DNA of 64,000 nucleotides, taken from NCBI GenBank assembly GCA_020637395.1, contig JACJWA010000001.1, positions 1,110,078 through 1,174,077 on the forward strand, in the 5' to 3' direction. Shown piece after piece: positions 9,905 to 21,360 of the stretch. Position 1 is the first letter of the stretch. Every line of letters begins with the position of its first letter. This stretch comes from Calditrichota bacterium. GTDB taxonomy: Bacteria; Electryoneota; RPQS01. A model generated the notes under the pieces. It saw only the letters and a list, made by a program, of their open reading frames with translations. It had not been told where the DNA came from and did no database searches. Made by a program: the position numbers and the translations under genes.

Positions 9905-9925
9905 CACCGAAAACGAATCCTCATC

Positions 9926-10840
9926 ATGAAGCGATACATTGCCCTTCTTTTGTTCTCGCTTGGAGCTCTGTTCACGAATTCATTCGCGGACAATGGTTTC
10001 AAGTACCTGAAACCTGCTACCTATGATCAGGTGACCAAACTCACAGTCGCCGGAAAGTCGCGAACCTACTTCGTTCTCGAAGGAACGAATCAGATCGGCG
10101 CCGTGATAGAGGGACCGTCGCAGCTGAAAGTCATGTCCCGCGCGACCCTTGAAAAGTCCGACCAGCGTCCGGATTACTCTATTGAGGTGCTGCTTGAAGA
10201 AGGGAAGAAGCCGAGAACGATCCACCACACCAGCAAGCTCTCCGAGAAGGCCGACTTGCCGGACGGATCTACTGGGTACCTGGGTGTGCTGCGCTCAAAA
10301 GTGATTGACATTCCTTCCGGGAAGCACAATGTCATCTTGCGTTTGCCCGACGGTTCCAAGGACAAAGTGTATGTCAGGCTGTCGCAAAAAACGAATGAGT
10401 TCACCGGCGGAACTTCCGTGGTCGCGATGACGCCGTTCGAATATACAACTGCGGTTGATTTGGTGTCGAATGAAACGGCATACACCTACTATCGCGTCGG
10501 CGGCGAGGATCGGGTTGCGCTCAAACTGGTCGGTCCCGCAACTCTTAAAGTGCTCAGTCGTATTGAGTTCGGCCCGGAAATGAAGGGCAATCAGCGATGG
10601 AAGATCCAGTTGATGGAAGACGGCAATGCCAAGAAGACCTACAGTCTTGCCGCCAACAACAGCGACGTGATCCAGTATCGCCAGCCTTCGCAGTATGTCC
10701 CCAGCCGCGCCGAAACATTCTTTGTAGAGATTCCTTCCGGCGAACATGTTTACGAGTTCCGCTTGCCCGATGACCGCCGAACCACCTTACTGAGATTCCT
10801 GCTGCCTACTTCCGAATTGACAGGAGACGGATCAGAGTGA
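9926..10840 (+). CDS. Secreted tandem-domain protein
   Basis: Signal peptide. Two homologous ~120-aa halves ending IPSGKHNVILRLPDG and IPSGEHVYEFRLPDD. Confidence 0.5.
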   Translation: MKRYIALLLFSLGALFTNSFADNGFKYLKPATYDQVTKLTVAGKSRTYFVLEGTNQIGAVIEGPSQLKVMSRATLEKSDQRPDYSIEVLLEEGKKPRTIHHTSKLSEKADLPDGSTGYLGVLRSKVIDIPSGKHNVILRLPDGSKDKVYVRLSQKTNEFTGGTSVVAMTPFEYTTAVDLVSNETAYTYYRVGGEDRVALKLVGPATLKVLSRIEFGPEMKGNQRWKIQLMEDGNAKKTYSLAANNSDVIQYRQPSQYVPSRAETFFVEIPSGEHVYEFRLPDDRRTTLLRFLLPTSELTGDGSE

Positions 10841-11934
10841 AACGGGTCACGCTTTCACTTCTCTTCGGAGTGCTTCTGGTTTCAGCGCAGGCGAATGCTC
10901 GCCGTACGAGCTTCCCGACGTTGGACTGGGGGTTGCGAGTTGGAGTGAACGCGATTTACAATGACAATGTTCTGCGTCTGTCCGAAGCGGACGGGAATGC
11001 TTTTCACCGATTTGATCCGGGATTTCGGACTCCGTTGCAAACGCTTGATGACGGAGAAATGGAAATTCTGCTTGCTGCGTCTCTACAGTGGCGAGCACCC
11101 GCAACGACCATGGTCAATTTGAATTATCGGATCAAGGCCGTTCAGCGAGCGCAGAATAGTGTTACAGACTATCAGACCCACAGCCTAGGCGCAAGCATCA
11201 GACCTCGCGTCCGTGGATACAGATGGATTGCGCGGGGTAGCGTTTTCACTATTCCTTCGTTCTATTTGCGTGTGTATCGCGATCGCGACTTCGGCACATA
11301 TGATGATTGCCGCTTCGAGAACTGGGAGTACAACGGTGAGTTCTCCTATCGGATTGCTGAGCCGCTTTGGCTGAGCGCGATGGCAGGCTATGGCACCTAC
11401 TACTACGGTGCACGATTCACCGAGTACGACTCGGAATACAAAGAGTTTGGAGCGGAAGCGGAGTACACCACACGGTGGGATCCGCGACTGGCCTTTCGCT
11501 ACACGCGAAGAGTGTCCGACAATCTGGTTTCGACACAGTCTCTGAGTCTCGTGGATGAGACAGGTGCGCAGCTCCTGGAAGACTCTGAATACGGTGACGG
11601 CGACTTCAATGAAGATGAGTTTCGAGTTTCTCTGAAATCCAGAGTTAGAGCGCTTCACCCGCACACCGTGAATGCATCACTCGTCACACGCATCAGAAGA
11701 CGTGTCTATACGACAGACCGAACTCTTGAGGCAGACCCTTTCCACCGCGGAAGACTAGACACTCGCTGGGATGTTACGCCGACTCTGGACTGGAGTGTCA
11801 GTTCCGCGCTTGATGTCAGCCTGTTTTTTACCTATGAAGAACGCTCGACCGAATCGGACTATGAACCTCTCGCTCTCGTAAAAAACTTCGTCCGTCGTGA
11901 GGTAGGGCTGGGTTTCACGTACCGGATCAGATAA
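10837..11934 (+). CDS. Putative outer-membrane beta-barrel protein
   Basis: GTGA start/stop overlap with the upstream gene. Signal peptide (VLLVSAQANA). Alternating beta-strand pattern, Tyr/Arg-rich. Confidence 0.4.
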   Translation: MKRVTLSLLFGVLLVSAQANARRTSFPTLDWGLRVGVNAIYNDNVLRLSEADGNAFHRFDPGFRTPLQTLDDGEMEILLAASLQWRAPATTMVNLNYRIKAVQRAQNSVTDYQTHSLGASIRPRVRGYRWIARGSVFTIPSFYLRVYRDRDFGTYDDCRFENWEYNGEFSYRIAEPLWLSAMAGYGTYYYGARFTEYDSEYKEFGAEAEYTTRWDPRLAFRYTRRVSDNLVSTQSLSLVDETGAQLLEDSEYGDGDFNEDEFRVSLKSRVRALHPHTVNASLVTRIRRRVYTTDRTLEADPFHRGRLDTRWDVTPTLDWSVSSALDVSLFFTYEERSTESDYEPLALVKNFVRREVGLGFTYRIR

Positions 11935-11957
11935 CAGTTTCCCCCGAAAGAGAAAAG

Positions 11958-11999
11958 GAAACGGCCCTCGATCTGAGGGCCGTTTCTTGCTCTTGTTGT
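11958..11999. terminator. Bidirectional intrinsic terminator between convergent operons
   Basis: Perfect 12-bp inverted repeat GAAACGGCCCTC-gatct-GAGGGCCGTTTC followed by a T-rich tract. Lies between the + strand operon ending at 11934 and the - strand operon ending at 12010. Confidence 0.6.
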
Positions 12000-12009
12000 T
12001 TGCGATGAT

Positions 12010-13170
12010 TCACGCAAACTTTCGTTCTTTCCACGTCACTTCAGGCCTCGTAAACAATGCGCCGACGAGGCGCCAGGCATAGCCGCATGCAAACAAAGGA
12101 TAGGTCGCCGATGCGAGGAATAGTCCCTTCTTGCGGAGCTTGCCCAAGCATGCTGAAATCACCAGCCAGTCGCCAGTCAATACTGCAAGCGCAATCCACA
12201 GTCCCAGACGCCACGGCAGCAGAAGCGCGAAGGGCCAAAGAAGGTGAACGATCAGCTCAATCCCAAAGAATACTTTTCCGGATGCAGAAACGGCCTCCAT
12301 GCCTTCCATCCAACGATAGCGCTGAGTGACGATGGTCTTTGTTTTTGAAACAGGAAGAGTCGCTGCGGCGGAACCGGGGGTCACGGAAAACGCAACTTTC
12401 CATTTCTTGCTCTGCGCAATCGCCTTGAACAGGGCGATGTCGTCAATCCGATTATGCGGGATGCTTCTGAATGAGCCCACTTCGTGATAGGCTGTGCGGC
12501 GCACTGCATAGTTATTGCCGACCAGCGCAAGCGGAAAGCCGAGCCGGCACATTCCCGCGCACGCTCCCAGAAGCAGCGCCCAGTCCACCGTCTCAAGTTT
12601 GGTTACGGTGTCTGAAGTAAGGTCGTAGTCCGGTAGTGTGATTCCACATACCATGCCGATGCACGGCTCAAAATGGCGAACAATGTCCCGTGCCCAATCC
12701 GGCCGTAGCTCGCAATCACCGTCCGTCATGAGCACATAGTCACCCGTGGCAACGTCAATCCCCTGTGCGAGAGGCAAAGTCTTGGTGGGCGGGAGAGATT
12801 CCTCCGGGCCATGTACTGCAGGGATCACGCGCAGAGGAAAGGGAAGGGAACGTCCGAGGTTCTCGGCGATTTGCGCGGTGCCATCCGTCGAGTCGTCATT
12901 AACAAGAATCAGCTCAATCTTGTCTGCGGGATAGTTGAGCTTGCGCAGAGACCCAAAAAGCCGCGGAAGGTTGTGAGCCTCATTGCGCGCCGGGACAACG
13001 ATGGAAATCAGCGGCAGTTCCGATTGACGCGGCGCGCGCTTCAACAATGCGAGAGACGCCAGCGCTGCGGCGCTAAGATGAAAAGCGCCGACAACAGCAG
13101 CAATCCCCGCCGGAATCACGCGACCTCCCGACGTTTCGACGACTCTTCTGGAAGCAACAGCAGACGCCAA
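12010..13170 (-). CDS. Family 2 glycosyltransferase
   Basis: IVVPARNEAHNL...VNDDSTDGT and TDGDCE (DxD) motifs. N-terminal TM region. Confidence 0.7.
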   Translation of the reverse strand: MASAVASRRVVETSGGRVIPAGIAAVVGAFHLSAAALASLALLKRAPRQSELPLISIVVPARNEAHNLPRLFGSLRKLNYPADKIELILVNDDSTDGTAQIAENLGRSLPFPLRVIPAVHGPEESLPPTKTLPLAQGIDVATGDYVLMTDGDCELRPDWARDIVRHFEPCIGMVCGITLPDYDLTSDTVTKLETVDWALLLGACAGMCRLGFPLALVGNNYAVRRTAYHEVGSFRSIPHNRIDDIALFKAIAQSKKWKVAFSVTPGSAAATLPVSKTKTIVTQRYRWMEGMEAVSASGKVFFGIELIVHLLWPFALLLPWRLGLWIALAVLTGDWLVISACLGKLRKKGLFLASATYPLFACGYAWRLVGALFTRPEVTWKERKFA

Positions 13171-13769
13171 TTGCGACGAGTGATTTCGCTCCGAATATGT
13201 TCAAGCACCGGCCGCAGAGTCACAGCACATCCCGGTTTGTCATGAAGAAGCAAAATCATTCGGTCGTGAAAGTTATTCTGAGCGACTCGCAACAAGTCCC
13301 CGGCGGTTCTCATTCGCCAGTCTGAAAGGTGAGCGGACCAAAGTACTGGACTCAGTCCCATCCGCCGGGCAAGACGGCCCGTCCGCCAGTCCAATGAGCC
13401 GTATGGCGGTCGGAACGCAGGTGCCATCGTTGCGCATCCACGGGACTCAATCGCGGCGCGTGTGCGCATCAAACTCTCAGTCACAAACTCTTTCGATTGA
13501 AATGCGTGACGACGATGAACGTATCCATGATTTGCCACGGCATGTCCCGCCGAGACAATCTTACTCAAGAGCTCCTGATTTCTCTCGCATGCTTCGCCAA
13601 CCAGAAACATCGTACACTTGAGGTCCAATTCACTTAGCAGCTGCAACAGTTCGGGAGTGGAGTCCGGATTGGGACCGTCGTCAAAGGTGACCGCAATCGA
13701 GCCGTCTTCAGTAGTGCGAGACTGCCAGCCCGGGATCGCCCGAGGAATCCACTGACTCAAAGGGATCAT
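13116..13769 (-). CDS. Polysaccharide deacetylase (NodB/CE4)
   Basis: TFDDGP...FLVG...HGYVHRRH CE4 motifs. Start moved to the ATG at 13769, which forms an ATGA overlap with the upstream gene's stop. Confidence 0.7.
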   Translation of the reverse strand: MIPLSQWIPRAIPGWQSRTTEDGSIAVTFDDGPNPDSTPELLQLLSELDLKCTMFLVGEACERNQELLSKIVSAGHAVANHGYVHRRHAFQSKEFVTESLMRTRAAIESRGCATMAPAFRPPYGSLDWRTGRLARRMGLSPVLWSAHLSDWRMRTAGDLLRVAQNNFHDRMILLLHDKPGCAVTLRPVLEHIRSEITRRNWRLLLLPEESSKRREVA

Positions 13770-15022
13770 TGCTTCTCTGCCAGCGAAACTGGTTGGCGCG
13801 AGGGTTTCGAATCGCCGCGCAGCCGCAGCCACTTCGGACGGAGAGCTTTGGGCAATGTTGCCGTGCGGTACCAATCTCCCTTCCAACGATAGGGCAGGAG
13901 CAGACCCGCGAGACCAAAGCAGGGAGTGGTCAAAGTGTGCCAAAACTCATACTCTGGAAAGTAGGGCAACAGACGTTCTTGTCTAAACACTCGAGATCCG
14001 GTGATTACAAGCACGGCATCCACCGCAAGCTTAAGTCCCCACACCGCTGCGGCAGCCGAAATCAGAGTGTTACCAAGCACTGCGAGCACAGGTAATACAA
14101 GAAGCAGCAGGTAGTAGAAGTAGATTGCGAACAGGAAGAACAGCATGCTTCCCCGATAACTTAGACCTTTTGAAGCCCAGCGAAGCCGCTGCTGAAACAA
14201 CCCGCGAATTGTGGTCACGGGTAGTGAGCGCACCAGAGTTTCTTGCGTGGTGGCAAACACCATCTTCCAAGTTGTGGACTGTGCCACGCGCTGCGCAAAC
14301 AACACATCGTCCCCGGACACTACGGAAGCACCGGCGCCAAAGCCCTCAATGCTTTCATAGACTTCGCGGCGATAGCAGAGATTGCTGCCGTTGCAGCTTG
14401 CCGCGTGCCCCCAGCCCAGGGATCCCGCCGCCAGAAAATTCTGCACGAAGAAGTCCAGCCATTGAATCTTCTGCCAGCGAGGCACAGAAGCATAATCGGG
14501 CAAATCAAAGACTGTGAGTCCCGCCACAACTCCCACACCTTCCGTCAGATGCGCCACCATGCCGCGCAACCAATTATCGTGGTACTGACAGTCGGCGTCC
14601 GTCGTGAGAATGACCTCTGAGTCGGATGCCGCGATTCCTGCAGCGAGTGCGCGCTTTTTGGGTGACCCTGTGCTCTGTTCTTCGATACGAAGAGAACGCA
14701 GACCTGAATACTTCGCACACAGTTCTGCGAGAACTGTCGGTGTGTTATCCTCACTGCGATCATCCACAACAATCACTTCCCACTTCCCGGGGTAGTTCTG
14801 CCTCATCAGCGAATCGAGGGTCCACGGCAATACCTCCGCTTCATTTCGGGCGGGCATGACGACGCAAACGCTCGGCCAAGAGTCGGGTGCCGCGGACTTG
14901 TTTCGCCGCAGACGTCTTAAGCCAATCGCAAAAACCAGCATGATCACGGCATACACCGCGGTCAGCCCTGCGACAACCACAAGAAGTGCGCTTACAAGTC
15001 CGGTCAGCTTCGGGATCTCCAT
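13766..15022 (-). CDS. Processive GT2 polysaccharide synthase (PgaC/IcaA-like)
   Basis: VVMPARNE, DDRSEDNT, TDADCQ and the QRLRWASKG (QxxRW) motif. Multiple TM helices. Start trimmed to MEIPKL. Confidence 0.7.
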   Translation of the reverse strand: MEIPKLTGLVSALLVVVAGLTAVYAVIMLVFAIGLRRLRRNKSAAPDSWPSVCVVMPARNEAEVLPWTLDSLMRQNYPGKWEVIVVDDRSEDNTPTVLAELCAKYSGLRSLRIEEQSTGSPKKRALAAGIAASDSEVILTTDADCQYHDNWLRGMVAHLTEGVGVVAGLTVFDLPDYASVPRWQKIQWLDFFVQNFLAAGSLGWGHAASCNGSNLCYRREVYESIEGFGAGASVVSGDDVLFAQRVAQSTTWKMVFATTQETLVRSLPVTTIRGLFQQRLRWASKGLSYRGSMLFFLFAIYFYYLLLLVLPVLAVLGNTLISAAAAVWGLKLAVDAVLVITGSRVFRQERLLPYFPEYEFWHTLTTPCFGLAGLLLPYRWKGDWYRTATLPKALRPKWLRLRGDSKPSRQPVSLAEKQ

Positions 15023-16017
15023 TGTCGAGGTAAGGCAAAGATGCGCTTCACGTGAATCAAACCAATCGCTGCAGGCAACGCGACATTCAAAGCAAACAGC
15101 AGAAGGGATGCGGCAATCGCCTGCGAGTCGGGTACGCCAAGTCCCCGCAAACAGAGCATCGCTGTCCATTCGCCCACGCCCAAGCTGCCAAGTGTGAGCG
15201 GGATATTCCCTTTCAAGAAGAAGTTCAAGTGCACCGCCAGCAAACCCGCAAGGAGCGGCACTTCGACTCCCAATGCGCCCAGCATGAGAATGAACTGAAG
15301 GAGAGATACTAAGAGAGAGGCGATGGCCAAGAACAGATAGAGTGCTGCGCTCCGGGTCTGAATCCCCTGTGCAGCTTCAAGAGATGTCACAAGCCCTGCC
15401 GCACGAACCCTAATTTGCAGAACCCCCCGGATCAGCTTTGCAATTCTGCCGGGAACCAATCCCACGCATAGCAATAGAGTCCCCAGCAAGGATAACAGAA
15501 TTGATACTCCGCCGCTCCAAAACAACCACTCTGTTTTCCACCCGAGATACGGCAGTATCCCCAAAGCAATCAAGCCAAACCCGTTGACGGTAATCGCGCT
15601 GTAAAGTCTTTCCGCTACCGTAAGAACGGAAGCTTTGCCCAACGGCACGTTGGTTAGAAACAACCCCCGACCATAGGCACCAACACGACCGGGCGTGATG
15701 AAACCAAGCGTGTGACCCAGCCAATAGCTTGCCCGGATGTCGCTTTCGAGCACGTTTTCCCCCGCGCGCTTCGCGAGCAGTTTCCAGCGCAGATATTGAA
15801 GGTATTGATTGGGAATCCAAAGCAGAATGACGGCAAGAAGCTCGCGCCCACCAACGAAAGAAAGTCCGTTGGAAATCCCCTTCCAATCCAGGCGCCGATA
15901 CAGTAAGTAAAGCAGCGCAAGAGAGAGCGAGACTTTTAGAAAGAAGGCGACATGCCGCTTCCAACCACTCCCGTTGGCGAGATTTCCCATACCGTAATCG
16001 GAAACCGGAACACTCAT
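15004..16017 (-). CDS. Flippase-like membrane protein (lysylphosphatidylglycerol-synthase TM-domain family)
   Basis: Polytopic and rich in Gly/Leu. Family assignment is from overall pattern only. Start trimmed to an ATGA overlap with the upstream stop. Confidence 0.45.
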   Translation of the reverse strand: MSVPVSDYGMGNLANGSGWKRHVAFFLKVSLSLALLYLLYRRLDWKGISNGLSFVGGRELLAVILLWIPNQYLQYLRWKLLAKRAGENVLESDIRASYWLGHTLGFITPGRVGAYGRGLFLTNVPLGKASVLTVAERLYSAITVNGFGLIALGILPYLGWKTEWLFWSGGVSILLSLLGTLLLCVGLVPGRIAKLIRGVLQIRVRAAGLVTSLEAAQGIQTRSAALYLFLAIASLLVSLLQFILMLGALGVEVPLLAGLLAVHLNFFLKGNIPLTLGSLGVGEWTAMLCLRGLGVPDSQAIAASLLLFALNVALPAAIGLIHVKRIFALPRQWRSRS

Positions 16018-17183
16018 GAAGCTTTGGTGACCGTATTCAAGTTTCTCGCTGATTCGAACTGCCTTCCGCGCCAAATGTAGCGCCCACGGAATACATGCGC
16101 AAACACACGCCAGACGAGCCAAATCGGGAGGAATAAGGATCCTGCAAGTACTCCTGGCGGAGTGATGTCGAGTTTCATTCGACGGGAGAACCATACTCCC
16201 GCAGCAGTGTCCAGCGCAACCTTGACTATTGTCGCAGCAGCGAGAATCGAGCAGCTCGGAAAAATCAAGGGCGACAAAAGCAGGGGATAGCTCAGCACTC
16301 CGACGAGCGAAGTCCAGGCGAACAGCAGCCGCCAGCGGATGGGATAGAATCGAGTTACGCTCTGATGCCGCGCCGCTTGAGACAACCTTGAACCGCGTGC
16401 GCCGTGATCCGTGACAACGCTTTCCGGAGAGTCGCAGAACACGACTCTCCAGCCCGTGCGTGCAATGGCCTGCACCGTCAAATCGTCATCGCCTGACGGT
16501 AGGTCCCGCCGAACAGGCGCTCCGACGTCTTCAATCGCTTGTCGCCGATAGAGTATGCTGTGTCCGCATGCCGAAGCTGGAAATCCCCACCCACAGGCCG
16601 AGGCCATCGAGATGTTGGCGATCAGTCGCTCCCATCGGTAGGTTTCCGGAACTCCGGTAGGAGGCCAAGAGGCACCGAGAACTGCTCCACAAGAATCGTC
16701 AGAATTTGCGATCAAGGATGACAGCCAGTCTGCAGGAACAGCGCAGTCTGCATCCGTTACTGCTATCCATTGTGTGTCAATCCGCGAAAATGCGAATGCC
16801 AAAGCCTCTTTTTTCGGACTGTGGCACAGGCCGCGGTCCACAGGGTTCGCGCTTACTTCGAGACATTGATTAGCCACTGCAAGCTGCTCGGCTATCTCCT
16901 TGGTTCGGTCGCTCGAGTCGTCATCTATGAACCGCACGACCTTCGGAAACAGGTGAGTCTGCGCCAGCACTGACTCAAGGCATAGACCCACGGTTTGCTG
17001 TTCATTTCTGCCCACAACTGCAATCCCGATCGAACTACCATCCGTTGCGACTTGAGCCACCCAACGCCCGGATTTCGCCCGCCACAGCAGTAGCCCTGTA
17101 ACCAAGAGTACGGAAGGCAGTACAACAAACAGCACTCCGAATGCAAGAAGCCAATCAGGTGGATGGTTCCAAGTCAGCATCAT
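16014..17183 (-). CDS. Family 2 glycosyltransferase
   Basis: N-terminal TM helix. IAVVGRNE...IDDDSSDRT and TDADC motifs. Confidence 0.7.
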   Translation of the reverse strand: MMLTWNHPPDWLLAFGVLFVVLPSVLLVTGLLLWRAKSGRWVAQVATDGSSIGIAVVGRNEQQTVGLCLESVLAQTHLFPKVVRFIDDDSSDRTKEIAEQLAVANQCLEVSANPVDRGLCHSPKKEALAFAFSRIDTQWIAVTDADCAVPADWLSSLIANSDDSCGAVLGASWPPTGVPETYRWERLIANISMASACGWGFPASACGHSILYRRQAIEDVGAPVRRDLPSGDDDLTVQAIARTGWRVVFCDSPESVVTDHGARGSRLSQAARHQSVTRFYPIRWRLLFAWTSLVGVLSYPLLLSPLIFPSCSILAAATIVKVALDTAAGVWFSRRMKLDITPPGVLAGSLFLPIWLVWRVFAHVFRGRYIWRGRQFESARNLNTVTKAS

Positions 17184-17192
17184 AAAATATAG

Positions 17193-19337
<2,145 letters not shown>

Positions 19338-19380
19338 TGTGATCAAGTAGAAAAGAAATAAGAAACCACTCAATCAACCT

Positions 19381-19950
19381 ATGGCATCTACCGCGGATAT
19401 TCGCAAAGGCCTGACCATTCAAATGGAAGGCCAGATTTTTGAAATTGCAGATTTTCAACATGTCAAGCCTGGCAAGGGCGGGGCATTTGTCAGAATGACG
19501 TTGCGCAATGCTCGGACGGGTCGAGTCATCGAACGCACACTCAATTCCGGCGCTTCGATTGAGACTGTTCGCGTCGAAGGCAAAGACTTACAGTTCCTTT
19601 ATGGAGACGGCGAGTTCTTTCACTTCATGGACCAGGAATCGTATGAGCAGTTCCAGTTTCCGACGGATTGGATTGGCGACAAGTCGCAGTGGCTTAAAGA
19701 GGGCGTTGTCTGCCGTGTCAACTTCCTTGAGATGGAAGCTCTGACTCTTGAAATGCCCAACTTCCTCGAGTTCGAAATTAAAGAGACTGCTCCGGGTTTT
19801 AAGGGCGATACCGTTTCAAATACGGGGAAACCGGCGACGCTGGAAACCGGAGCGGAAATCAACGTGCCGCTTTTCTGTGAAACCGGTGACGTGGTTCGTG
19901 TGGATACGAGAACAGGTGAATATCTGGATCGAGTGAAACGGGCAGGATAG
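19381..19950 (+). CDS. efp: Elongation factor P
   Basis: 189 aa. KPGKGGAF loop carries the modifiable Lys. Confidence 0.9.
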   Translation: MASTADIRKGLTIQMEGQIFEIADFQHVKPGKGGAFVRMTLRNARTGRVIERTLNSGASIETVRVEGKDLQFLYGDGEFFHFMDQESYEQFQFPTDWIGDKSQWLKEGVVCRVNFLEMEALTLEMPNFLEFEIKETAPGFKGDTVSNTGKPATLETGAEINVPLFCETGDVVRVDTRTGEYLDRVKRAG

Positions 19951-19953
19951 GCC

Positions 19954-20838
19954 ATGGACAACTACCGCCTTGTACTTGCCGCGATAGCATTGGCACTGGC
20001 CATAATGTTCGCAGCGGTCTGGTGGTACAGGGGTCGGCAGCGTTCACCGCGAACACGCGGCGCGCTGATCGTCTATTCGCTTCTCTTGCTCTGTTCTGCA
20101 TTCCTGCTCTATTCGAGGTCAAGTGAACCTTTAGTTGCACAAAAGTCCGACCGGCCAAATCCAAGCGCTGAAGTCAAATCCCCTGTTGCAGCGGAACAAG
20201 AATCCGGGTCGGACCACAAAGCGGACGCCGGAGCGAAGGAAGAGCGAGCCCGACAGGAAACGCTTCAGCAGACCCCGACTTCAAGCTCTTCTGATCGCGA
20301 GGGCTACGACTCAGATCATCGCGATCATGCCGCTTCGCTCAGTTCTTCGCGAGATTTTCAGCTTGTCTATGGCCCTCCGGAGCGACCGTTGCCGAAACGC
20401 AAAGGTTCGGGTGCGAGGTCCGGACAGCCTGAAGAAGTCATTGAGGCGGCGGTTCTGCATGCTTTTGACATTATCGAGCTGTTTTTTGAGACGCACGCCA
20501 CTCCGGTGGTTCAGGCAAATTCTAACCCGGGAGCGGCGGCGGGAACTGCGATTGAGTTCTTGCCTGGAACTGCGCAACTCAGTGATCACAGCAGACGCTA
20601 TTTAGAGTCTTTGGCGCCCGCACTTGAGAAACAATGCAAGAGCGGTCGTTTGGAAATACGTGCGCAGACCAATGAAAAGCTTGGTTCCCCCGCCATGCGG
20701 TTCTCACTGACGCAGTCGCGCGCGGAGGCAGTTGCAGAAATCCTCACTTCAGGAGGATTTCCTGCGGATCGTTTGATCGCCATCGGAAGTGAATCGGCCA
20801 ATCAAACGAGTGTAAGTTTCGTTCACAGGCCAAACTAA
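19954..20838 (+). CDS. OmpA/MotB-family membrane protein with low-complexity linker
   Basis: Two N-terminal TM helices, a Ser/Asp/Glu-rich linker and a C-terminal OmpA-like domain (RAEAVAEIL...G). Confidence 0.45.
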   Translation: MDNYRLVLAAIALALAIMFAAVWWYRGRQRSPRTRGALIVYSLLLLCSAFLLYSRSSEPLVAQKSDRPNPSAEVKSPVAAEQESGSDHKADAGAKEERARQETLQQTPTSSSSDREGYDSDHRDHAASLSSSRDFQLVYGPPERPLPKRKGSGARSGQPEEVIEAAVLHAFDIIELFFETHATPVVQANSNPGAAAGTAIEFLPGTAQLSDHSRRYLESLAPALEKQCKSGRLEIRAQTNEKLGSPAMRFSLTQSRAEAVAEILTSGGFPADRLIAIGSESANQTSVSFVHRPN

Positions 20839-20847
20839 GGAGCCACC

Positions 20848-21360
20848 ATGGCAACTCGGCCCCCAAAGGAAAAATCTCGACTCGATCTTGCAGAGATACA
20901 GAAACTCGTTCGAATGCTCGAGCGCAGCCCGATTACTGAGTTCGAACTGGTTGAAAGTGATCTCCGCATTCGGATCTCGAAGAATGGCGGTTACGCTCCA
21001 ACTATGCTCGCTCCTGCCGGGCTTCCCGGCGTGCCCATGGCGGTCGCGCAGGTTCCGACGCCTGGTGCACCGTCGGCGGCTCCCGAAGCTGCGCCTAAAC
21101 CCGCTGCTGCATCGAATCTGATTGACGTAAAAGCGCCCATGGTCGGAACTTTCTATCGTGCACCGTCCCCCGATGCTGATGTGTATGTCAGAGTGGGAGA
21201 TTCAGTTGAACCCGGTAAGGTGCTCTGCATCATCGAAGCCATGAAGTTGATGAACGAGATTGAGTCTGAGTTCAAAGGACGTATCGCGGAAATCCTGATC
21301 GAGAACGCCCAGCCGGTGGAATACGGCCAAGTGCTGTTCCGAATTGAAAGAACGGCCTGA
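20848..21360 (+). CDS. accB: Acetyl-CoA carboxylase biotin carboxyl carrier protein
   Basis: Pro/Ala-rich linker. Biotinyl-lysine motif EAMKLMNEI. Confidence 0.85.
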   Translation: MATRPPKEKSRLDLAEIQKLVRMLERSPITEFELVESDLRIRISKNGGYAPTMLAPAGLPGVPMAVAQVPTPGAPSAAPEAAPKPAAASNLIDVKAPMVGTFYRAPSPDADVYVRVGDSVEPGKVLCIIEAMKLMNEIESEFKGRIAEILIENAQPVEYGQVLFRIERTA

